From NCBI RefSeq assembly GCF_004010195.1, contig NC_057718.1:73082713-73146712 (forward strand): a stretch of DNA of 64,000 nucleotides. Reading direction: 5' to 3'. The notes under the pieces were generated by a model. It did not search any database, was not told where the DNA came from, and was given only the letters and a program-made list of their open reading frames with translations. Both the position numbers and the translations under genes were made by a program. The stretch comes from Chiloscyllium plagiosum (taxonomy: Eukaryota). Shown here in pieces: positions 26,123 to 36,127 of this stretch; position 1 is the stretch's first letter; every line of letters starts with the position of its first letter.

Positions 26123-26753
26123 AACACAAATTCCCAGCTCGGCGAACAGAACCACAACAAAAGATACAAGTGCCATATATGGCATAGAAAATTCAAGATA
26201 AAAATTCATATTTTACTTATAAATTTTCAAGCAGTGCCAATGAGGCCCACAGGGCCTAATGAGCGATATACCATAAAATCAGCAGGGAAAGACAATAGCA
26301 ACCAGGAAATCTGGGTGATAAAGTGCAATCTGTAGAGATACCAATTTTCTATCATGACTGTAATTTCATTACTTCAATGAAACACTCCATTTAGAATACC
26401 CCCACTCTGGCCAAAGGAAAGCTATCAGAAATGATGTTCATAAATTTCATTTTGTGGGAACATACATGTACATAATACTTCCTTCTCCCCTCTCCTTCCC
26501 GCCCCCCCCTCCCCCCACCCTTAAAAAAGGGGCTTTAAAACAAATGGTTGCACATGTCCCAGGACAATAGGACAGATATTTGGATTCCTTTTTCCACCTT
26601 TAACTGTTAAATTCATAACTAAGTCCCCTCTAAAAAACTTTGTCCAATCATGCAGTCCACTACAATCATTTGCTTTTTTCAAATAAAAAATAATACAATA
26701 TAATTCATCAACTTCTTGAAAACATACATTTAAAAAAGGTGTATTCAGATACC

Positions 26754-27440
26754 GTTACGATACGGATAAACCCGTCTGCTAATTTAAACCAGACAGAAAA
26801 GCTCACCTCGCACCATAATCTGTTAAATTTCAAGGCAAAGAACTAATCCAGATGTCACTATTTAAAAGAATAAAATTTTAAATTTTTTCTCAAGTGCAAA
26901 AGAGAATATTAAACAACTATTTACAACTCCTTTCTCAAACTATTTTTAACCACCTACAATACTGGTCCGATAAAATTCTCTTACATTTAAGGCAAATCCC
27001 TTTCAAACCCAGTTGTTGACTTTGGATATCGAACTTTCTCTGTAGATTTCTCTAGGTTGGCTTTAGTCTTCAGCTGCACAAATTTCTTTTTAACAGATGC
27101 CTTTGAGTTATCTGGCTGGTCTTATTGTTGGTGCTTGCTTGGCTGTCTTTGCTGTTCTCCCCTAACTGTTCAAAGTGACCTGTTTTATACTCCAAAACAT
27201 CGGATCTTTTTACTAGTTTGATTCATCCCAAACATTAAAACCCAAATTATACTGGATTTGGATATTTGGGGCATAATTTAAACTGATTGGCTAAATTTTA
27301 ATTTTTGTTCCATGGCAACAACTATTTGTTTCAGCCAAATGTTACATTTTTAACTCATTCAGCACACTGCACTTTATCAGTCCTTACTAGCTTCCCCTCT
27401 CAAAAAAAGGTACACAGTGCACACTTAGACTTTCATAACA
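26754..27440. mobile_element. Probable solo LTR
   Basis: Termini (C)GTTACGA...TCATAACA resemble inverted TG..CA LTR ends; no clear TSD. Confidence 0.45.
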
Positions 27441-28149
27441 GCATACAGTACCAGTTACATTTTATACCTGCAGAATAATTGTTTTACAAACAAGCGTAAA
27501 TGTGCAATTTTAATGACTAAAATAGTGTTTTAATTGCTCAACAGTCCTCTCCATATGGGGCTGGATCCAGGGAAGAACGTGCTTTGTGAACCAAATGTTA
27601 AGGAAAGATGATGACACAGTGAGGTCATTTATCAACACCAGCATCCTGTAAACTAGCTAATAAAGTAAATAACTAGAAACATTAGAACTGTCAGCAGAGA
27701 AGACTCTGTGGTTGCTGGAAGAACTTTCCAGATTAATCCAAATTTTGAACAGTCCTACCCCTCAGGCATTTCATATGCATATTCCAGTTTTTCTTTAAAC
27801 TAACACAAACATTTCATTAACTACACCATCTTTTATGGTGGTAACTTCTAGACTCAATGTCTCAACTACCCTATAATCCTAAAAAAGTAATCCTTAATTA
27901 CTTTAAGTTTACTGCCTTCCCTGATAAGGAAAATAGACCCTTCTATTCTACATCTCAGCTCCTCAATTTTACAAACAATTAAATCTCCTCTTAGTCTCTT
28001 GTGCTCAAGCACTGTACCTACTGTTCCATCAGTTCTAATAAAACATTCCTGCTCTTATTCCATACCTCAGTAATTAAAGGAATTGTCTCATTGTCCTACT
28101 TAGGGAATCTGAACATGCATTTCAAAGACTCCTCTTTCTCTTTACTTTA

Positions 28150-29183
28150 GTACTAAATCAAACTGCAATTACTTCAATGCAAGAGACCTGATAGCTAAGG
28201 TCATCTGCCTTACCTATGATATCCCAATCATGCCCTATTATAGAAATGTGAGTCAGGGATAGACAAGACTGGCATCTTAATATTCCAGGGCGTACATGCT
28301 TGAGGAAAGATAGAAAGGGAGGCACTTATGGTTAGAGAAATAGGATAGTTATACCTAGGGAAGATAATCCTGGGAGACCATCCAATGATGGAACTGAGAA
28401 ATAAGAAAGATGATCATCTTGTTGGAATTGTATTACAGCCCCACCTAATAGTAAGCAGGAAATGGAGATACAAATATGAAAGAAGATCTCAGATGTCTGA
28501 AAGAATAATACAGTTGTAATGGTAGGGGATTTTAATGTTCCGAACATTGACTGGTACTGCCAGTGTTGGAGCTTGGATGGTGAGGAATGCAATTACTGTT
28601 AGAAAACTTTAATAGTCAATATGTGGATGCACTTATTAGAGAAGGACCAATACTTGCCCTGTCCTGTTTCCCAATATAAGCTTGAGTGACTGAAGTGCCC
28701 GTGGGAAACACTGAGGCAAGTGATCATAAACTTGAAAATAATTATGGAAACAGATGAACCTAATCTGAAAGTTAAAGTTTACATTGGAGTAAGGCCAATT
28801 TTGATGATATTAGACCTTTTTGAAAGTTGATTGGGGGAGGCGGTTCAAAGATAAAGGAACAGTTGGGAAGTAGGCGGCCTTCAAAATAATGAGACGACAG
28901 TTCAGAGACTGAGCTCCTATAAGTGTGAAGGGCAAAGTTGGTAGGTGTACAAAACTAGAGACGAGAGAAATTGAGGCTCTGGTCAAGAAAAAGGAGGCAT
29001 ACATCCCGTATAGACACCTGGGATCCAGCTAATTCCTAAAGGACAATAGGAGTAAATTTGTGGGAAATCAGAAAGGCAAAAAGGGGACATGTGATAGCTT
29101 TGGCAAATAGAGTTAAGGAGAATCCAAAACGATTCCATAATACATGAAGGGCAAAGGTGTAATTAGGGAGAGAATAGGCCCAT
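28150..29183 (+). mobile_element. Decayed CR1 endonuclease-region fragment
   Basis: VMVGDFNVPNIDW and RVKENPK remnants. Confidence 0.8.
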
Positions 29184-31140
29184 TAAAGAGATTTGTGGCA
29201 GGAATATCAGTTCTTGGCAAATACTCCGTAGAGTGACTGGAACAAAGACTGGGACACAGCTCTTCCATAAATCTGACCCAAACTCTGGATCAGATGATAC
29301 GTGGACAACATTTTGGTTATCATTAAAGAGATCAGAAATCGAGAACACCAGATACTCAACACCATGCTCACAAGGATCAGATTTACTAGAGGAGGAGGAA
29401 ACCAATCAACCATTTGCGGATGCAATGGTAGAAAGAACACCACTGAATGCACCACAAAAGTATACAGATTAGATTAGATTAGATTAGATTACATTACAGT
29501 GTGGAAACAGGCCCTTCGGCCCAACAAGTCCACACCGCCCCGCCGAAGCGCAACTCACCCATACCCCGACATTTACCCCTTACCTAACACTACGGGCAAT
29601 TTAGCATGGCCAATTCACCTGACGTGCACATCTTTGGACTGTGGGAGGAAACCGGAGCACCCGGAGGAAACCCATGCAGACATGGGGAGAACGTGCAAAC
29701 TCCACACAGTCAGTTGCCTGAGGTGGGAATTGAACCCGGGTCTCCGGCGCTGTGAGGCAGCAGTGCTAACCACTGCCACCGTGCCGCCCATAGGAAAGCC
29801 ACACCCAACCAGGTCCTGCAATCCAACAGCAGCCACCCGAACACAAGAGAAGCTGCATTAGGACCCTATTCAAAAAAGGGCTACAACACACAGCAGTACT
29901 CCCTACCTATGAAGGGAAGGACACCACCTCTAAACAGTATTCACCAAGGATGGATATCTCTACAACTTCATCCGCGGATGCCTGGCAGAAACAATGCGAA
30001 GACATAACTCACTATCCACGCTACCTTACATTAAAAAAATCTGAACTGACAGCCAGATTTCTCCAACTATTCAGATTCATGACAGCCCATAAACTGACAA
30101 CCACGTTCAGACAAATCAGGATAAAAAACCCTATACCCATCATGTGCAAGACAAATTTAGAACGTAGAACAGTAGAGATCCTCAGTGTTGTGCTGACTTT
30201 ATACCATACTAAGATCAAACTAACTTATCTTCCACGTGCCTATCGTTTAAATGCCCCTAAAGTATCTGACATGTATCAGATGAGGGGTTTATCACAAGAT
30301 GAGGGGTTTAGGCCTATACTCTAGAATTAAGAAGAATGAGGGGAAATCAAATTGAGATAATAAACAAGGTACGGATAAAACAGACATGGAGCAGATATTT
30401 CCTCTTGTGGGGCACTCTAGGATGAGAGTTCACAATCTTGGGATAAGGGGTAGCAAATTTAAATCAGTTGAGGAGAAACTACTCCTCCCAAAGAGGTTGT
30501 GATTTTGTGGAATTCCCTACCCCAAAGTGCAGCGGATGCTGGGACAGTGAGCAAATTTAAGGAGGGGTTAGACCGATTTAATTGGCAATGGGTTGCAGAG
30601 TTGAGAGGAGACACCAGGAAAACCGGGTCAATATCAGCCACGATCGAATGAAGAGCAGACCCGATGGGCCAAATGGCCTAATTTTTCTCCTATACCTTAT
30701 GAACTCTTGTTCCTGCATGGGTGTAAGGCAAGATCAATGCAAGGTTAGATCCTGCGACAAAGTTCAGGTAACTGAGGCAGTCCTGAACAAAAATGTGGAT
30801 CTCTTACAATTTACAAGATGCCGTGCAAAGACTACACAACACTATGACGGACAGGCAGACAGACAATCTACATTCACAAACACCAACTAGCCACTGAATG
30901 CCATGACCAGCCATGACCTTAGTACCACACAAATGACAAGGACCACAAATTCAACGGTGACAACACAATGATTACAGGACAAGCAAACAAAAATAGCAAG
31001 AACAGAATCAAATAAATTCCAGAACAGACAGTACAACAGCACTTCACAGGAGGCTCCAAGGCACTGAAGTCACTACACAGGGGATGAAACATCTGCAAAT
31101 CAACTTACGAGCTCGGCGAAAACACCCACAACCACCACAA
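29184..31140 (+). mobile_element. Fragmented Penelope-like element interrupted by a SINE and CR1 tails
   Basis: ATLPYIK and CKDYTQHYDGQ remnants; decayed pLTR/hammerhead at ~31060-31100; same family as 25050-26158. Confidence 0.75.
29467..29789 (-). mobile_element. HE1-type V-SINE
   Basis: Reverse-complement SINE consensus with (ATTAG)n tail. Confidence 0.92.
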
Positions 31141-31246
31141 GGTCAATACTGGACAGAGGTGTTAAGAATTAGGCTATGACAGAACATAGCTGAAACTTTA
31201 TTGCTGGAACAGCACAGCAGGTCAGGCAGCATCTAGGGAACAGAAG

Positions 31247-31282
31247 ATTCGACGTTTCGGGCACATGCCCTTCTTCAGGAAT
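31247..31282 (-). ncRNA. Minimal hammerhead ribozyme motif with perfect stems I and II
   Basis: ATTC-CTGAAGA-A-GGGC-ATGT-GCCC-GAAAC-GTC-GAAT. Confidence 0.78.
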
Positions 31283-31408
31283 GAGCAGAGAGTGTTCAGC
31301 AGGAGAAGATAAAAGGTAGGGAGGAGGGACTTGGAGGAGGGGCGTTGGAAATGTGATAGGTGGAAAGAGGTCAAGGTGAGGGTGATAGGTCGGAGTAGGG
31401 TGAAGGCC

Positions 31409-31745
31409 CGTGATCCCAGTCTGGTTCACTGTGATCCTGACCTAATTAAATGTGATCCCAGTCTGCTTCACCGTGATCCTGACCTAACTATCCGTGATCC
31501 CAGTCTGCTGCACTGTGATCCTGACCTAACTATCCGTGATCCCAGTCTGCTGCACTGTGATCCTGACCTAACTATCCGTGATCCCAGTCTGCTGCACTGT
31601 GATCCTGACCTAACTATCCGTGATCCCAGTCTGCTGCACTGTGATCCTGACCTAACTATCCGTGATCCCAGTCTGCTGCACTGTGATCCTGACCTAACTA
31701 TCCGTGATCCCAGTCTGCTGCACTGTGATCCTGACCTAACTATCC
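31409..31745. repeat. 42-bp minisatellite, 8 copies
   Basis: Unit CGTGATCCCAGTCTGCTGCACTGTGATCCTGACCTAACTATC; the last six copies are identical. Confidence 0.95.
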
Positions 31746-32584
31746 GGTGAGTTGAAATGCTGTGCTACAGGGTGGTTTGGTTGGTTCGTCTGGGTGGCCC
31801 AGAGGTGCTCCCTGAATCGCTCCGCAAGTAGGCGGCCTGTCTCCCCAATATAGAGGAGGCCACACCGGCTGCAGCGGATGCAGTAGATGATGTGGGTGGA
31901 GGTGCAGGTGAATCTGTGGCGGATATGGAAGTTTCCTTTGGGGCCTTGGAGAGGAGTGAGGGGGGAGGTGTGGGCGCAAGTGTTGCACCTCCTGCGGTTG
32001 CAAGGGAAGGTGCCGGGAGTGGTGGTTGGGTCGGTGGGGGGTGTGGATCTGACAAGGGAGTCGCGGAGGGAGTGGTCTCTACGGACAGCTGATAGGGGAG
32101 GGGAGGGAAATATATCCTTGGTGCTGGGTCTGTTTGGAGGTGGCGGAAGTGACGGCGGATGATGCGCTGTACATGGAGATTGGTGGGGTGGTAGGTGCGG
32201 ACCAGTGGGGTTCTGTCCTGGTGGCGGTTGGAGGGGCGGGGCTCAAGGGCAGAGGAGCGGGAAGTGGAGGAGATGCGGTGGAGGGCATCGTCGATCACGT
32301 CGGGGGGGAAATTGTGACAGAACATAAATGTATAGGAACAGGGCCTTTGATGCATAATGTTGTACCAATCATGATATCAAATTAAACTAATCCCTTCTAC
32401 CTGCCCTTGGCCCACAACCCAACATTCCTTACATGAGCACACAAATATGTGAAAGTTCTTTAAATGCCATCACATCTGCCTCCACCAGGACAACAGAGGA
32501 GATTATAGTGACAAGCAAAGCCAAAAGAAAGGGAAGAGATGACTTCACAACCTAAAAAATAGTATTAAAATCAATACGAAGTCT

Positions 32585-33038
32585 GAAGATGTTCCTCCAG
32601 TTTGCACTGTGATTCACTGCAGCATTGCAACATGCAGAGGACAGACAGGTAAGCAGGATGCAGTTTTAAAATGACTGGTTATAGAAGGTCAGGGTCATGT
32701 TGGTGTACAAACTGGAGGTGTTGTGCAAAGCAGTCACTCAGTCTACATTTGACTTCTCCAATGTCCAGTAGGCCATAAAAGCAAATTACTGCGGATGCTG
32801 GAATCTGAAACCAAAAGAGAAAACGCTGGAAAACCTCAGCAGGTCTGGCAGCATCTGTAAGGAAAAAAAAGAGCTGACGTTTCGAGTCAAAGCTTTGTCA
32901 AAGGGTCAGTTTGACTCAAAACGTCAGCTCTTTTCTCTCCTTACAGATGCTGCCAGACCTGCTGAGATTTTCCAGCATTCTCTCTTTTGGTTCCAGTAGG
33001 CCATGCTGGGTACAGCAAATGCAATAGACCAGATTGGT
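32585..33038 (-). mobile_element. Old Penelope-like GIY-YIG fragment, host of the 32777-32991 insertion
   Basis: NLVYCICCTQHGLL|DIGEVKCRLSDCFAQH reads through once the insertion and one TSD copy are removed. Confidence 0.75.
32777..32991. mobile_element. Palindromic Penelope pLTR mini-element (third family) with 13-bp TSD
   Basis: Inverted arms around a broken hammerhead-like centre (GACGTTTCGAGTC / GACTCAAAACGTC); TSD TCCAGTAGGCCAT at 32764-32776 and 32992-33004. Confidence 0.88.
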
Positions 33039-33041
33039 GGT

Positions 33042-33248
33042 GCTGAAAATGTGTTGCTGGAACAGTGCAGCAGGTCAGGCAGCATCCAAGGAACAGGAGA
33101 ATCGACGTTTTGGGCATGAGCCCTGAAGAAGGGCTTGTGCCTGAAACGTCGGTTCTCCTGTTCCTTGGATGCTGCCTGACCTGCTGCGCTGTTCCAGCAA
33201 CACGTTTTCAGCTCTGATCTCCAGCATCTGCAGTCCTCACTTTCTCCT
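33042..33248. mobile_element. Palindromic Penelope pLTR mini-element with hammerhead motif at 33119-33154 (+)
   Basis: Same family as 15865-16084 in the opposite orientation; AGCC-CTGAAGA-A-GGGC-TTGT-GCCT-GAAAC-GTC-GGTT. Confidence 0.85.
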
Positions 33249-34084
33249 CATTCTTTTAAAGCCAATTTGCTCACAGGACAATCCATCCATACCAAGGATC
33301 ATCCTAGCGAACCTTTTCCGAATGGCCTCCAATAAAACAAATGTGCCCTATACAGCTTTACAACTGTAGAGAAACTTATAGACTCTTACTGAAACATTGC
33401 ACTGCATTCAAATACAAGTAGCAATGATATCAGTCCACGATAGTTAACAGAGTCCAGTGCTACTACCAACAATTCATGGTATGGGCAATTGGGAAACTGA
33501 TATTTTGTTATTTCAAGATCAAGACAATTTACATTTCAAAAGTATGACTTCTTGTTAACAGATAATAGAATATTAGACACACAGTCTAGTTGCATTGTTC
33601 TATGATCAAGAAATTGATGAAATCTTCCATATGCTGTATCTATTCCTGTTGCAATACAATAGGGAAAAAAAAAAAGTGAAAAAAGAACTAGGCCTGAAAA
33701 GCTCAGCAAACACTTTTATACAAAAGTTAAAAACCCTATTCCTTCTTAGAGCACGAGCACAGATAATGCCACAGAATTCGAAACGATCTTGAAAATTTTT
33801 CAGTTTTCCATAATTAGAATGAAAAAATATTCATGTACATCATCTTACATAGAATTTAGTCAAAGGTAAATTTAAGAATTTCTTTGTGCAGAGTGTTGGA
33901 AAAGTTTAGGGACGGAATTTCAGAACTTAGGGCCAAATCACATGAAAGTCCAGCGGTCAATGGTAGGATCCTGGCAAAGTGTGTGCTTGTCTGCATGTGC
34001 TTGAGCATAATTTTGGGAAGGGGGGGGGGGGGGAGGAGGAGGAATTATGGTAGTGACCTAGGCATAACAGCCATATTAAATCTG

Positions 34085-34752
34085 TTCAAAGTTTGTGCGA
34101 AGATTTGTAGCTCGGGTGCTCGTTGTTGTGGTTCTGTTCGCCGAGCTGGAAGTTTTTGTTGCAAACGTTTCGTCCCCTGGCTAGGCGACATCATCAGTGC
34201 TTGGGAGCCTCCTGCAAAGCGCTTCTTTGATGTTTCCTCCGGTGTTTATAGTGGTCTGTCCCTGCCACTTCCGGTTGTCAGTTTCAGCTGTCCGCTGTAG
34301 TGGTTGGTATATTGGGTCCAGGTCGATGTGTTTGTGGATGAATGCCATGCCTCTAGGAATTCCCTGGCTGTTCTCTGTCTGGCTTGCCCTATGATAGTAG
34401 TGTTGTCCCAGTCGAATTCATGTTGCTTGTTGTCTGCGTGTGTGGCTACTAAGGATGGTCGTGTCGTTTCGTGGCTAGTTGATGTTCATGTATGCGGATT
34501 GTTAGCTGTCTTCCAGTTTGTCCTATATAGTGTTTTGTGCAGTCCTTGCATGGTATTTTGTACACTACATTAGTTTTGCTCATGTTGGGTATCGGGTCCT
34601 TCGTTCTGGTGAGTTGTTGTCTGAGCGTGGCTGTTGGTTTGTGTGCCGTTATGAGTCCTAGGGGTCGCAGTAGTCTGGCTGTCAGTTCTGAGATGCTCCT
34701 GATGTATGGTAGTGTGGCTAGTCCTTTTGGTTGTGGTATGTCCTCGTTCCGT
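34085..34752 (-). mobile_element. 5'-truncated Penelope-like element (GIY-YIG and pLTR)
   Basis: Close relative of 25050-25725. Confidence 0.92.
34161..34200 (-). ncRNA. Minimal hammerhead ribozyme motif
   Basis: GCA-CTGATGA-T-GTCGCCT-AGCC-AGGGGAC-GAAAC-GTT-TGC. Confidence 0.72.
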
Positions 34753-36127
34753 TACTGAAATTACATTACACTACACTGTATATTTGTTTTTAAAAAGCAT
34801 TTAGTGAAACACAAAGCATTCCTTTTTAAAACCAAAGATATGGTTAAAAGACTTGAGCTCTGCAGCCATTTTCTAATAGCTCTCATTTTCTGACTTCGGA
34901 GCTTGAGGCGTTGACCACACCTGTTGTGACTGCGTAATTTATTAAAGCTGTGTGTGGATTTAGTGCATGGATCAGCAATGTCATTACAAGAGAGAAAAAA
35001 ATTAGACATGGCCCATTAACTATAAAATGTTCTATCACTGAAAGGATTACTAATAAAGTTATGCTGACAAGTGCCCCTGTGCATTTACATAACAGAAGGA
35101 TTGAGAGAGAGAAATGAACAGGAGAACAACTGTATGAATATGCTTTTGACTGATCTGTGGACTGACCAAGTCAGTATATATAGTTATAACATATAGATAA
35201 ACAAATAGTTATTTGATATCCAACAGTAAAACTCCATGACAGCACTGGAATAACATTCTATTGTTAATATCTTTAACCACAAAAAAAGCACAGCTCAAGA
35301 AAGCAATAAAATTAAGTACAAACAACTCTTGCCAGCTATTTCTTTACAATAGCACCAGTGAAATGTTAACTTTTTACATTCACTCTAAAACCATAGCAGT
35401 AGATTGATGAACAAAAGATGTGTGCAAACGAATAAGTGATTGACATGCATGATTTTGGATAACATCATTAACCATATCATCTAAGCCTGTGATCAGCAGA
35501 ATCATACACCTGGATTTGAATTTCTGCTTTCATTTCTTGCAAGTATCGCTTTCCCAAATATATGTTGCAGCTTCTCTTTTGCACTGAAGCTGAAATTAAG
35601 AGGTAAGCATTTAATATCATAATAGCAGCTAAAGGTTGGGCTCAAGGATAACACCATGCAAACAAAATTATACCAAACCTCAGGAGTTATAACATATTGG
35701 GGATCAAAATTCCATCTATTTGAAAGTAGGTCTCATTTGTAATTGCTAAAATCAGTCAAACTTTGTTTTTGGCCAACTTTTCCTGACATCTTGGAGTTTG
35801 TATCCTGCATTTTACATGTATGCAAAACTACAAAGGAAGCAAAATTTGGGATTGATTATAAAAGGAAAATTGCAATGTAGAATGAATGAATTATAGTTAT
35901 TTGAAAATCAACCTGTTTACAGATGTTATGACATACCTATGGAACAGGTGGGATTTCAATCCAAGCCTCCTGTGCCACAAGAACCTTCATAAGTTGATAT
36001 GGAATAACATAATACTTCCTCCACCTACACTTGTACATTTGTGAAGTACCTACAGCTTCACATTAAATAGCTGGGTACGTTCACCAGAGTCAAGACATAG
36101 CTGAGATGTGCCTTTCAAATAACTTGA

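Larger units (their letters stand above)
25050..26158 (-). mobile_element. Young 5'-truncated Penelope-like element with 254-bp inverted pLTRs and 13-bp TSD
   Basis: RT C-terminus NHPNTHKRSCIKTLFKRA...ATLPYIK and GIY-YIG YKIPCKDCTKHYIGQTGR. Inverted repeats 25088-25341 and 25904-26157. TSD AAAAGATACAAGT at 25037-25049 and 26159-26171. Confidence 0.95.
31190..32312 (-). mobile_element. Penelope-like element (second family): GIY-YIG and pLTR
   Basis: Minus-strand IYCIRCSRCGLLYIGETGRLLAERFREH...HPVAQHFNS and PLVRTYHP. Confidence 0.9.

Noticed and set aside
26216..26330. Another minus-strand exon candidate
   Set aside because: Stops in the frames examined and no homology recognised.
31331..31750. 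ORF with a 14-aa repeat, or a CRISPR-like array
   Set aside because: It is a pure tandem minisatellite with no unique spacers or cas genes; the ORF follows from the 42-bp period.
32871..32930. Functional hammerhead in the third palindrome family
   Set aside because: GAAACGTC is present on one strand but the CTGANGA core is absent, so it is counted only as a remnant.
35489..35589. Exon-like minus-strand segment with a good acceptor
   Set aside because: Stop codon in phase 0, weak donor and no family similarity.
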